IMG/VR virus record: IMGVR_UViG_3300020215_000038
Coordinates: 1 to 41,272 of that record
From: a virus
Strand: one strand, 5' to 3'
Length of the DNA stretch: 41,272 bases
Shown: positions 7,896 to 16,115 of the stretch, one piece after another
How the letters are laid out: each line of letters opens with the position of its first letter
Position numbering within the stretch: position 1 is the first letter of the stretch
Made by a program: the position numbers and the translations under genes
The notes under the pieces: model-generated
What the model saw: the letters and a program-made list of their open reading frames with translations, nothing else
Database searches by the model: none
Told to the model about the DNA's origin: nothing

Positions 7896-9070
7896 GAATA
7901 GACGAGCTAAAGCTTAACTTCTCCGACATCCGCGAGCGGCTTGTAATTTTCTTTGTCCTCCTCATGCCGTTCTATCTAAACCACTCGAAGAACTTCGGAA
8001 ACCTCACGATGCGCGTGACGCATGAGCATTTCTTCGAGCTTTTCGCGATCTTTATATTCGCGTTCATGATCCGGAATATTTGGGTCGCCATCGGGCTTAT
8101 CTGGACGCTGTTTCTCCACATCTTCCACGACTTTACCGGCGGCGTGTACCTCCGAAACATCTTTTCGTTCGCGATTATTTATTTCGTCGCCCGGGAAATC
8201 ATGACGCACGAGCTTAGCCGCCGGGTTATAAGGGCGATCCCGATCCTCCTTGCGGTCCAGGTCTGGATGATGGTTCTTCAGATCATCCGCTTTGACGTTC
8301 TTTTCAACTCCGACCAGGGAAACCGCGTCGAAATCGTGGGCTTTATGGGCCTTAAAGCCATCTCCGGGATGTTTATCGCGATGCTTATCCCGTTTGTCCA
8401 TCCGGTCGTCGGTTTACTAAGCCTGGTCCTTATCGCCGTCACGTCCGAATCAACTGGCGCTCTCCTTGGGGGCGTGGCGGCGTTTGTTTTTTCGCTCTAT
8501 CACCGATCAAAGCGCCTCTTTATCGCGGCGCTTGTTGTGTTGACCATCGCCGCCGGCGCCTTCGCTTACAAAGACTCTTTCGCCGGGATGTTCACCGACC
8601 GCGCGCGGCTCTGGAAGGTTGTCTTAAAGGACGCGGTGACGCACCCCATCGTCGGCTTTGGCCTTGATTCCTTCCGGAAGGTGACCGACAAAAAGCCATT
8701 CATGTATTTCAAGGACGTGCCGACCCAGGAAACGGGGAAGGCGATACCCACAAAGGACGGCTTCTTCGGTGACGCAAAGGTTTTCACGCCGGACGCCACG
8801 GCCGACCCCTGGGATAACGCCCACAACGAGTACGTCATGAATTTCATGGAGTTCGGGATCTTGGGACTCCTCATCCCGTTTTTTCTTTTCCGGGATTTGG
8901 CCCGGCGATTCCGGCCGACCGAGGCGTCGGTGGCCATCGGCGGGTATTTCATCGCGCTTCTTGTCATGTCGATCGGGCAATTTCCGTTTCATCTTGTCCG
9001 GATCATGTTTTTATTCCCGGTCCTATTAGCCATCTACGAATACGAAACCGTCTTTTTTACAAAGGAGTAA
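7892..9070 (+). CDS. O-antigen ligase / Wzy_C-family polytopic membrane protein (start refined to ATG 7892)
   Basis: 392 aa, many hydrophobic segments; signature blocks DRARLWKVVLKDAVTHPIVGFGLDSF and DNAHNEYVMNFMEFGILGL; ATGA overlap with upstream stop. Confidence 0.8.
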   Translation: MRIDELKLNFSDIRERLVIFFVLLMPFYLNHSKNFGNLTMRVTHEHFFELFAIFIFAFMIRNIWVAIGLIWTLFLHIFHDFTGGVYLRNIFSFAIIYFVAREIMTHELSRRVIRAIPILLAVQVWMMVLQIIRFDVLFNSDQGNRVEIVGFMGLKAISGMFIAMLIPFVHPVVGLLSLVLIAVTSESTGALLGGVAAFVFSLYHRSKRLFIAALVVLTIAAGAFAYKDSFAGMFTDRARLWKVVLKDAVTHPIVGFGLDSFRKVTDKKPFMYFKDVPTQETGKAIPTKDGFFGDAKVFTPDATADPWDNAHNEYVMNFMEFGILGLLIPFFLFRDLARRFRPTEASVAIGGYFIALLVMSIGQFPFHLVRIMFLFPVLLAIYEYETVFFTKE

Positions 9071-9073
9071 GTC

Positions 9074-9925
9074 ATGGCAGAGAAAGCGGGCTTGACCCAG
9101 AAGAACATCGAAACCGTGAACGAGTTTCAGAAGGAAATGGAGACTAAAGCGCTTCTGGCCAAGTCCATCCAGGAACTCGACGCCCAGCAGAAGTCGATTA
9201 AGGGCGTCATCCGGCAGCTCCAGGCCGAGTACAACGAAAAAGACAAGCAATTCCGGCAGATTTTGGCCGAAATCGGCTACCAGTCGAACACCCTGGCCAA
9301 TATCGAGCGCCAGATCGCCCAAAAATCGAAGGAAGCGCTCGACCGGATCGCCGAGAAAGAAAAAACCCTCGACACGCACGTCGCCGAGTACCAAAAAGCC
9401 CGGAACGAATACGAGGCTCTCTTAAAAGAGCAGCGCCGCCTGACCGAGGAGCTAAAAACCAAGTCCCAGAAGCTCACCGAGGACTCGGACCGCTTAAAAG
9501 CCTGGGTTGAGACCGCCACGCAGTCGATCAACGACCGCGAGAAGGCCTATGCGGAGTCGCAGAAAGCCGTCACCGACGACGTGAAGAAGCTAAAAGCGGC
9601 CAAAGAGGCGGCTGAGGCCGCCGAGAAGGCCCTGGCGGCCAAAAAGGCCGAATACGCCAAGACCGACAAGGAATACGCGCTTCAAAAAGAGGCCCTCGAC
9701 AAGCAGCGCGAGGCGCTCGAGGCCAAGCGCCAGAAGGACGAGGACGACTACAAGGCCGCGATGGAAAAGGTCGTGACGCTCAAGGCCTCCGTCGAAGCCG
9801 AAAAGCGCGACTTAAAAGACCAGGCCGATGCGGTCCGCGAGGAGCGGCTTCGCGTGACGGCGCTTGAAAAGCGCGTGAACGACCTCATCAAGCGCTACAA
9901 CCTCGAAAAGGAAGCGAAGGGTTAA
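9074..9925 (+). CDS. Long coiled-coil protein (K/E/A/Q-rich)
   Basis: 283 aa; SD aggag 6 nt upstream; heptad-like composition. Confidence 0.65.
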   Translation: MAEKAGLTQKNIETVNEFQKEMETKALLAKSIQELDAQQKSIKGVIRQLQAEYNEKDKQFRQILAEIGYQSNTLANIERQIAQKSKEALDRIAEKEKTLDTHVAEYQKARNEYEALLKEQRRLTEELKTKSQKLTEDSDRLKAWVETATQSINDREKAYAESQKAVTDDVKKLKAAKEAAEAAEKALAAKKAEYAKTDKEYALQKEALDKQREALEAKRQKDEDDYKAAMEKVVTLKASVEAEKRDLKDQADAVREERLRVTALEKRVNDLIKRYNLEKEAKG

Positions 9926-9928
9926 AGC

Positions 9929-10249
9929 GTGTCGGACATCTCACTTGAACCGCTTTTAAATTCGCGGCTCGTTAAAGGGCCTTCCGGCCCCACGACCAAC
10001 CGCCAGGTAACGCTCGTCTCGGGTACGCCCAAGAAGGTGACACCCACGTCGGGTTGCAGCGCCATGCACATCTTTAACAATACCGCCGTCAATATCCGAT
10101 ACGGCGGCTCGGGCGTGGACGGCTCGTCTGGGGTCGTTTTGTTTAACCAGTCGACGCTTGTTATCAGCTCGCCGAAATCGGATTTCGAGATTCACTTTTT
10201 CCAAGGATCCGGAAGTGACAAAACGCTGGATATTGTCGAGTTTTTTTAG
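9929..10249 (+). CDS. Hypothetical virion-module protein, 106 aa (GTG start)
   Basis: ORF track; ends TTT TTT TAG within a T7 run. Confidence 0.5.
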   Translation: MSDISLEPLLNSRLVKGPSGPTTNRQVTLVSGTPKKVTPTSGCSAMHIFNNTAVNIRYGGSGVDGSSGVVLFNQSTLVISSPKSDFEIHFFQGSGSDKTLDIVEFF

Positions 10250-11642
10250 CCTCGTCCTCGCCTCAGGCGTCGCCCTGGCCGACGGCCCGAGCCTTCCTCC
10301 GCTTACGGTGGAGGAGCAAGACGGGAGTCCCGCTGTTATTCCGGTCCTAAAGATCAAAGTCTCGAACGGAACGCTGACCGATGACACCGGCGGGACGGTT
10401 TCTCTTACAACGGGCGGTGGTGGTAGCTCCGGTAGCCCCGGAGGTTCCAACACGCAAGTCCAATTTAATGACGCCGGGTCTTTTGGAGGGGATGCGGGGC
10501 TTGTCTACAACAAAACCACAGACAGCCTTTCGATAAACGGCGATGTCACGATTTCTGGCGACAACGTAACACTTGCCACGAACACCGACCGCTTCGTTCT
10601 TATGGCGAACGGTTCGACATACGCCCCGGAGGCCATCGACCTCGGCACCGACACGACCGGAAATTATGCGGGATCCTCGTCAGAGGGCGGGGCCGCGACG
10701 ACGGCGACGGCCCTAGCCGCAAACGGCGCAAACTGCACGGCTGGCAACTATCCTCTTGGCGTGGATGCCTCCGGAGCCGTTGAAACCTGCACCGCCGATG
10801 ACGACGTTCCGGATGCCGGTGAGGTGAGCGATACCGCTCTTGCCGCTGGTGCTGTGGATGGCGGGAACGCCGGAGAAATTGAGGATGCGAGTGTTACTGC
10901 CGATGACCTTGGAGCGGATTCGGTCAGTTCTTCCGAATTAAACGCCACGGGTGTTGAAGCCGAGCTCGAGGCCGTCCTAGACCTAAACGAACTCCAAGCT
11001 CAGATCGGAGACGCCCAGATTGCGGACGGAGCCGTGGACGGTGGTACGGGTGGCGAGATCGCGGACGGATCACTCACGACGGCCGACTTGGGCTCAGGCT
11101 CCGTAGCAGACGATGAACTCGCCACGACCGAGTCGATCCAGCTTCAAGTCCAGAGCGCCAAGGTGACTGGGGCCTTTGTGACGGCGACGGTCAGCGGAGC
11201 GGACACTTCGACCCAGGGCGCTCAAATTGACGCCGGTGACGGGAACTGGCGGCTTCTATTCGACGCCACGACCGACGAAGCGGCTGTGTGGGACGTAAGG
11301 CTCCCAGACTATTGGGCCGCACATTCGGAACTCAAAATTATGTACTCCATGACATCTGGCACAGCAAACGAAGTCGAGTTTGAAGCCGCCATCATGTGCA
11401 TCTCGCCCGGGGATGCTGCGGACATTGGAACCGCGAGTTTTGCGGCTGCTGCGGTTGCAGCGGACACGGTTCCGGGTACAGCCGGACACCCGGATGCGGT
11501 GAATATTACTCTTACCGACGACTCTTGTGCTGCTGGGGATCAGATGTTTATTTACGTCTCAACAGATGCGGATGACGCAACAAACGACGACGCAACCGGG
11601 GACCGCGAGGTGGTGGACGTTCTTTATGAATTTACTCGTTAG
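10215..11642 (+). CDS. Tail-fibre-like protein with signal-peptide-like N-terminus (start proposed GTG 10215; track start TTG 10158)
   Basis: SD-like aagga 7 nt before GTG; (V/M)TKRWILSSFFSLVLASGVALA/DG; Gly/Ser linker then NTQVQFNDAGSFGGDAGLVYNKTTDSLSING fibre-type motif; internal repeats. Confidence 0.6.
   Translation: MTKRWILSSFFSLVLASGVALADGPSLPPLTVEEQDGSPAVIPVLKIKVSNGTLTDDTGGTVSLTTGGGGSSGSPGGSNTQVQFNDAGSFGGDAGLVYNKTTDSLSINGDVTISGDNVTLATNTDRFVLMANGSTYAPEAIDLGTDTTGNYAGSSSEGGAATTATALAANGANCTAGNYPLGVDASGAVETCTADDDVPDAGEVSDTALAAGAVDGGNAGEIEDASVTADDLGADSVSSSELNATGVEAELEAVLDLNELQAQIGDAQIADGAVDGGTGGEIADGSLTTADLGSGSVADDELATTESIQLQVQSAKVTGAFVTATVSGADTSTQGAQIDAGDGNWRLLFDATTDEAAVWDVRLPDYWAAHSELKIMYSMTSGTANEVEFEAAIMCISPGDAADIGTASFAAAAVAADTVPGTAGHPDAVNITLTDDSCAAGDQMFIYVSTDADDATNDDATGDREVVDVLYEFTR
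10851..11139 (+). repeat. Two diverged copies of a 33-aa fibre repeat (AVDGGNAGEIEDASVTADDLGADSVSSSELNAT / AVDGGTGGEIADGSLTTADLGSGSVADDELATT)
   Basis: 18/33 identical residues by eye; copies start at about 10851 and 11041. Confidence 0.6.
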
Positions 11643-12366
11643 CCTCCTTCTTCTCGTCTCAACGACCGCGTTCGCAAACGTCGAGTACGACGGGACCGAT
11701 GACATGCAGTCCTGCGGGACAAGCGACGTCATTACCGAAAACGGGGCCATTACGATTTGCTGGTGGGCCAACCGAAACGGGGCGGGTGGTGGTGGTAATG
11801 CTCGTATCCTACAGCGTGGCTCGGTCGTTTTATTCTTAACCGGGACAGGATCCCTTTCTTACGAGTTTCAGGTGGCTGGAACAACGACGCTCCGACGCGC
11901 AACGGCCAATAGCACGATAACGGCCGATACTTGGGAACATTGGTGCGTGAAATGGGACGGCTCAACAACCGCCGCAAACGCCGATATATTTAAAAACGGA
12001 ACCGAGACGACCTACCAGGCGACTGTGAACGGCGCCACGCTCACCAATAACTCGACCGACACCCTCTACATCGGGAACCGCGCTGACGGCCTCCGTGCCT
12101 GGGACGGGTTTATTGATGAGTTTGCGGTTTGGAGTTCCCAGCTTTCCAACGCCGAGATCGCACACCTGGCGGCCAGCCGGACTCGAGGACTCCCACTTCA
12201 AATTAGCCCTTCGAGCCTTAAATATTACCTCCCGTTTGACGAGTGCGCCGAAGGGGCTGCTTGTGCCACCGCCTCGATGTTCCGAGACCGCTCCGGCCAA
12301 GGCAACCATTGCTCACCGTCCAACAACCCGACCGGCAGAGGGGGAGCGATCCTGTCGTATCCATGA
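11626..12366 (+). CDS. Secreted LamG / concanavalin-A-like lectin-fold protein (start refined to ATG 11626)
   Basis: MNLLVSLLLLVSTTAFA/NV signal; W.HW..KWDG...IFKNG...LYIGNR...WDGFIDEFAVWSSQLSNAEI matches the Laminin_G_3 pattern. Confidence 0.7.
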   Translation: MNLLVSLLLLVSTTAFANVEYDGTDDMQSCGTSDVITENGAITICWWANRNGAGGGGNARILQRGSVVLFLTGTGSLSYEFQVAGTTTLRRATANSTITADTWEHWCVKWDGSTTAANADIFKNGTETTYQATVNGATLTNNSTDTLYIGNRADGLRAWDGFIDEFAVWSSQLSNAEIAHLAASRTRGLPLQISPSSLKYYLPFDECAEGAACATASMFRDRSGQGNHCSPSNNPTGRGGAILSYP

Positions 12367-12806
12367 AAAAACTATTTGTTGTCGCTTTGCTTTTAACACA
12401 GAACGCCTACGCCGAGGAAGTGGTGACGCATTCCGGCTCTACATACCACGGCTGCTCGTCCATCGGTAATACGAGCGTGTTTCTGACCAACCCAAACGAC
12501 TACAGCACAATCAAGCCCGGATACATCTACCTTCCGAATGGGTGTAAGAGCCTTCCGGCGGTTCCGGCCAAATACCTAAAGGTCGAAAACGGCTCTGTCG
12601 CTGAAATGACGCAGAGCGAGAAAGACGCAGTAGACGCTCCAGACCTTGCCGCCGCAACGCTTATATCCGAGCGTGAAACGCTTCTTTCTCAGATTGAGGC
12701 AGACGACACGAACTGGGCCAGCATGACAACCGCCCAGAGGCTGGCGGTGGCTAAAAAACTCCTGAGGCTTGAGGTGCTTAAAAAAAGGCTCGGAGGCAAT
12801 TCATGA
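12363..12806 (+). CDS. Secreted protein, 147 aa (start refined to ATG 12363)
   Basis: ATGA overlap with LamG stop; MKKLFVVALLLTQNAYA/EE signal peptide. Confidence 0.65.
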   Translation: MKKLFVVALLLTQNAYAEEVVTHSGSTYHGCSSIGNTSVFLTNPNDYSTIKPGYIYLPNGCKSLPAVPAKYLKVENGSVAEMTQSEKDAVDAPDLAAATLISERETLLSQIEADDTNWASMTTAQRLAVAKKLLRLEVLKKRLGGNS

Positions 12807-12904
12807 CGCGCAGACAGATCCTCAGACGAAACAACGTCCGTTACTGGCTCGTTGTTTTGGGCTATTTTGCGCTTGTTTTCAGCGCGAGGCTCTCCCATGC
12901 CTAA
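12803..12904 (+). CDS. 33-aa signal-peptide-like microprotein (MTRRQILRRNNVRYWLVVLGYFALVFSARLSHA)
   Basis: ATGA overlap with upstream stop; ends 8 nt inside the next gene; basic n-region plus hydrophobic core; not in track. Confidence 0.35.
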   Translation: MTRRQILRRNNVRYWLVVLGYFALVFSARLSHA

Positions 12905-14477
12905 ATTCACCGTCGCGCCGCACGGCGGCTTAAACCTCCGATTCCCGCAGCATCGCCTGACCGATAGAAAGACGCAGAAGGTCCGGCGGCTTGTGAACTT
13001 TATCTCGCTTGATGGTGTCATTAAGAAAATGAAGGGCGCGGAGCGCTATGATTCGACCTCCCGCGGCGCCTCATGCACCTGGCTTAAACGCATCTATTAC
13101 GAGGACAGCGGGGACAAGAAGCGCTATTTATTCGCCATCATCGACGGAAAGATGTTCCGGGGGACGGATCACAACCAGCTTTTAAACCAGGTAAAGATCA
13201 GCAAATCTTTCGACTCCCTGATCGACCCGAACGTGTTTCCGCTGGACTGCACCATCAAGGTCGCGGACGTCGTTTCAACCTTCGTCGTCGACGGGAAAAA
13301 CTTCTTTAAATTCAACGGCAACGACGGCGGGGAATGGGAGAAGCTCCCGACCAAGAACGACATCGACGGCAATGCGATCGAGCCGATCGACATGGTCGAA
13401 TACCTGGACCGCGCGTTTGTCCTCGTCAAAAACCGGAACGTCATCATCCACTCGAAGAACCTAAACCCCGAGGTTTACGACGACTCGACAGACTGCGGAA
13501 TCATCGACTGCCCGGCCGGGAAGGGCGGCTTCCCGCAGAAGCTCATCGTCCACCGGGGCTTTTTATTCGTGGTTCACGAGGACTATATCGCGCCGATTTC
13601 CGGTTCCTCCACGGCGACCTTCGGGATCCGGCCCGGCGACATAATCCACGGTTACGGCACGAGGGCACCGCGGTCGGTCCTGAATTTAAAAACTAAATTC
13701 GGGTTTTTGAACTCCTACGACAACGAATACTACACGACCACCGGCACCCAGGACGGCACCAATGAGACGCCCGTTTCCTACGAAGCGCCGCTGTCGCGCC
13801 TCATGAACCTCGTGAAGGCCAAGGACACCGTGGCGCACCTGGATACTGAGCTTAACTGCATCCGGATTAGCTACGTCCCGGCCGGCGGCTCGAGGCTTAA
13901 CGAGGAGATTCTTTTATCCCTCACCGAAGGCGAGGGCCGGGACGGCGGCGGCAAGTGGTGCGGCCAGACGCGCGGATTCGGCATCAACTGTTACGCCCAA
14001 TGGAACGGCCGAAACGACCAAAACGAACTCACCATCGGCCGGTCCGATTCGGGCCTCGTCATGTTCATGAACCGGACGCAGAACATCGACGGAAGCCCGA
14101 TGTTTGTCGATTTCGTCTCGGCCGACTACAGCGACGACGAGACAAGCGAGCTTCAGTTTGAAGAGTTCTGGATCGACGGAAAGCCCACGGGCGACTTCGG
14201 CATCCCGTTTTCCTACTACCTCGACAGCCGCTTGACGACCGTGGGGCAGCAAGACCTTGAAATGACAGGCGAGCAGATCAACCTCGGTTTAATCGAAATC
14301 GCAGACCAAGAGACTTTCGTAAACGGCTTTCGCCCCAGAATCGACCGCTCGAAAGGGCGGATGATCCGATTTCAGATCACGGGGAACCTTTTAAACCGCG
14401 ACATCGAATTTAATACGATCCACGTTTTCTATAACAAGCAGTTTACGAAGTTCTCGAAAACTCTAGTCGGGAGATAG
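12897..14477 (+). CDS. Large tail structural protein (nozzle/tubular-like by size and position); start proposed ATG 12897
   Basis: 526 aa; gagg 6-7 nt upstream of ATG; the track N-terminal extension (TTG 12852) lacks support. Confidence 0.6.
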   Translation: MPKFTVAPHGGLNLRFPQHRLTDRKTQKVRRLVNFISLDGVIKKMKGAERYDSTSRGASCTWLKRIYYEDSGDKKRYLFAIIDGKMFRGTDHNQLLNQVKISKSFDSLIDPNVFPLDCTIKVADVVSTFVVDGKNFFKFNGNDGGEWEKLPTKNDIDGNAIEPIDMVEYLDRAFVLVKNRNVIIHSKNLNPEVYDDSTDCGIIDCPAGKGGFPQKLIVHRGFLFVVHEDYIAPISGSSTATFGIRPGDIIHGYGTRAPRSVLNLKTKFGFLNSYDNEYYTTTGTQDGTNETPVSYEAPLSRLMNLVKAKDTVAHLDTELNCIRISYVPAGGSRLNEEILLSLTEGEGRDGGGKWCGQTRGFGINCYAQWNGRNDQNELTIGRSDSGLVMFMNRTQNIDGSPMFVDFVSADYSDDETSELQFEEFWIDGKPTGDFGIPFSYYLDSRLTTVGQQDLEMTGEQINLGLIEIADQETFVNGFRPRIDRSKGRMIRFQITGNLLNRDIEFNTIHVFYNKQFTKFSKTLVGR

Positions 14478-14478
14478 C

Positions 14479-15891
14479 ATGAAACGCCGCCTTGCGCTTG
14501 TCTTTTCATTCATCCTTGCCACCCAGCCGGCCCAGGCCGGTCTGATCTCATTACCCGAATATTTAAGTGGTAACGACGTCACGATCTCGAACCTAAACAC
14601 GACGAACACGACGCTCGAGGACACGATCAACGGCGGCATCGCCGGCGGCGGCGTGAATATCCAGCCCGGGTCCATCACCTCGATCGACATGGCGAACTCC
14701 ATTTCTCCCGTGAAGCGCTGGGACGAGGCGTTTTCGGACTTTACGCCCTCGGGGATGCTCCCGGCGACCTCGGCGAACCTCACCTCGAATATTTCGGCGG
14801 GTGTGTCCTACGTGAACGGCCTCCGAATCGAGAAAAACGCGACCGCCAACACCTACACGGCCTCGAAAGACACGTATGTCTACATTTCAGAGACCGGAAG
14901 CTATCAATTCCAGGAAGTCGCCAACGGCGCCGCGGCCCCGGCGACTCCGGCAAATACGCTCCTCCTCGCGAAGGTCGTAACCGACACCGACAACATCACG
15001 TCGGTCTCGGACCTACGGTCGACGAGCATCACCATCACGGCGACGGCCTCGAACTTCCCGTTGAATTACCGCGACCAGGCCTTTATTTCCTGGGACTCGA
15101 CCACAACCACCCACGTCGAGCCCGGAAACCTCGCCATCGGGACGACGATCTATACCCGGACCTCCGACACCTCGTCGCGGAACATCACGACCGCCGCGAA
15201 CTGGATCGAAGGGGGTGTGCCGACTCTCACGACCCCGATCAAGGTCTATATTTACGCCTACAACGACTCAGGCTCCTCGTTTGATTTCAAATACTCATCC
15301 GCAGACCCGGTCTATTCGGATACCTCATCGAACACGGCCGGAATCCTTCGCTATTACACCTCGGGCGGCACGAACTACCGGGCGATTGGATGGCTTTTGG
15401 CCTCGGCCGACGCGGTGCAGTCCCACCACATCGGCAATTTTTACGACATGGGGGTCCGAAACGTCGTCCGAAACACCTACACCGCCGTCCGGGCGATCAC
15501 GACCGCGATGCCCGCCGACAACACGACCCCGCTTATCAGCGAAGGCCAGGAGGTCTTCCGCGTGGCCATCGTGCCGTCTAACGCGAGCTCTAAGATCCGC
15601 GTAACGGCCAAGGTCTCGATGGCCCCAAGCACGAGCGAACGCGCGTCCGCTGCGCTCTTTGACGGCTCAAACCAGCTTCTGACGGCCCAGGCCTCGCCGA
15701 CCGGCGCGACAAACCATCAGCTCACACTTACGACCATTCACACGCCCGGGACGACCAATTTTGTTGAATACAAGGTCCGCGCTGGCGGCCATTCGTCCTC
15801 GACCGCGTACTTAAACGCCAACGAATCGGGGACCGGGTTCTATAGCGGGCTCCTCAACACCTTTATCGAAGCCGAGGAGATCGGAGCGTAA
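14479..15891 (+). CDS. Tail fibre / receptor-binding-like protein with classical signal peptide
   Basis: MKRRLALVFSFILATQPAQA/GL; then fibre-type N-terminus (SNLNTTNTTLEDTINGGI...) and the motif YVNGLRIEK...TYVYISETG...LLLAKVVTD..ITSVSDLR. Confidence 0.65.
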   Translation: MKRRLALVFSFILATQPAQAGLISLPEYLSGNDVTISNLNTTNTTLEDTINGGIAGGGVNIQPGSITSIDMANSISPVKRWDEAFSDFTPSGMLPATSANLTSNISAGVSYVNGLRIEKNATANTYTASKDTYVYISETGSYQFQEVANGAAAPATPANTLLLAKVVTDTDNITSVSDLRSTSITITATASNFPLNYRDQAFISWDSTTTTHVEPGNLAIGTTIYTRTSDTSSRNITTAANWIEGGVPTLTTPIKVYIYAYNDSGSSFDFKYSSADPVYSDTSSNTAGILRYYTSGGTNYRAIGWLLASADAVQSHHIGNFYDMGVRNVVRNTYTAVRAITTAMPADNTTPLISEGQEVFRVAIVPSNASSKIRVTAKVSMAPSTSERASAALFDGSNQLLTAQASPTGATNHQLTLTTIHTPGTTNFVEYKVRAGGHSSSTAYLNANESGTGFYSGLLNTFIEAEEIGA

Positions 15892-16103
15892 TGGAACGAA
15901 TCATCGTCCCGAAAACGACACCCGAGCAAGAGGCGTTTTTGAACCGCCTGATGGACGGCGCGTTCGGCGCCCCTATCATCTTCGACTCGGCCCCGACGGC
16001 GTCCCAGCTAAACCCGAACACATGGGGGAAGCACTCGACCGATGTTTACGTGAAATTTTCAGACGGGGTCACATTAAAACTCACCGGAACCGTCGTTAGC
16101 TAA
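15891..16103 (+). CDS. Hypothetical 70-aa protein after the fibre gene
   Basis: TAATG junction; ORF track. Confidence 0.5.
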   Translation: MERIIVPKTTPEQEAFLNRLMDGAFGAPIIFDSAPTASQLNPNTWGKHSTDVYVKFSDGVTLKLTGTVVS

Positions 16104-16115
16104 GGAGCCTATACG

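Noticed and set aside
10241-10249. T7 run ending in TTT TTT TAG that could support an RF2-like +1 frameshift (or a homopolymer indel) fusing ORF 9929-10249 to the fibre-like ORF
   Set aside because: The geometry works: frame 2 to frame 0, with tRNA-Phe able to re-pair. But the downstream ORF has its own SD-like site plus GTG (10215) and a complete signal-peptide-like N-terminus that would make no sense in the middle of a fusion. It is kept only as a remote possibility. Read-level inspection of the homopolymer would settle it.
11626-12366. Diversity-generating retroelement targeting the LamG or fibre genes
   Set aside because: No reverse transcriptase ORF is present in the genome, and no template/variable repeat pair was found.
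12829-12870. Hairpin aaacaacg/cgttgttt followed by a T-rich tract, as an intrinsic terminator between fibre-module genes
   Set aside because: The stem is A/T-rich with a 13-nt loop, and it lies inside a plausible coupled micro-ORF. It is weak as a terminator and is mentioned only under the 12803 finding.
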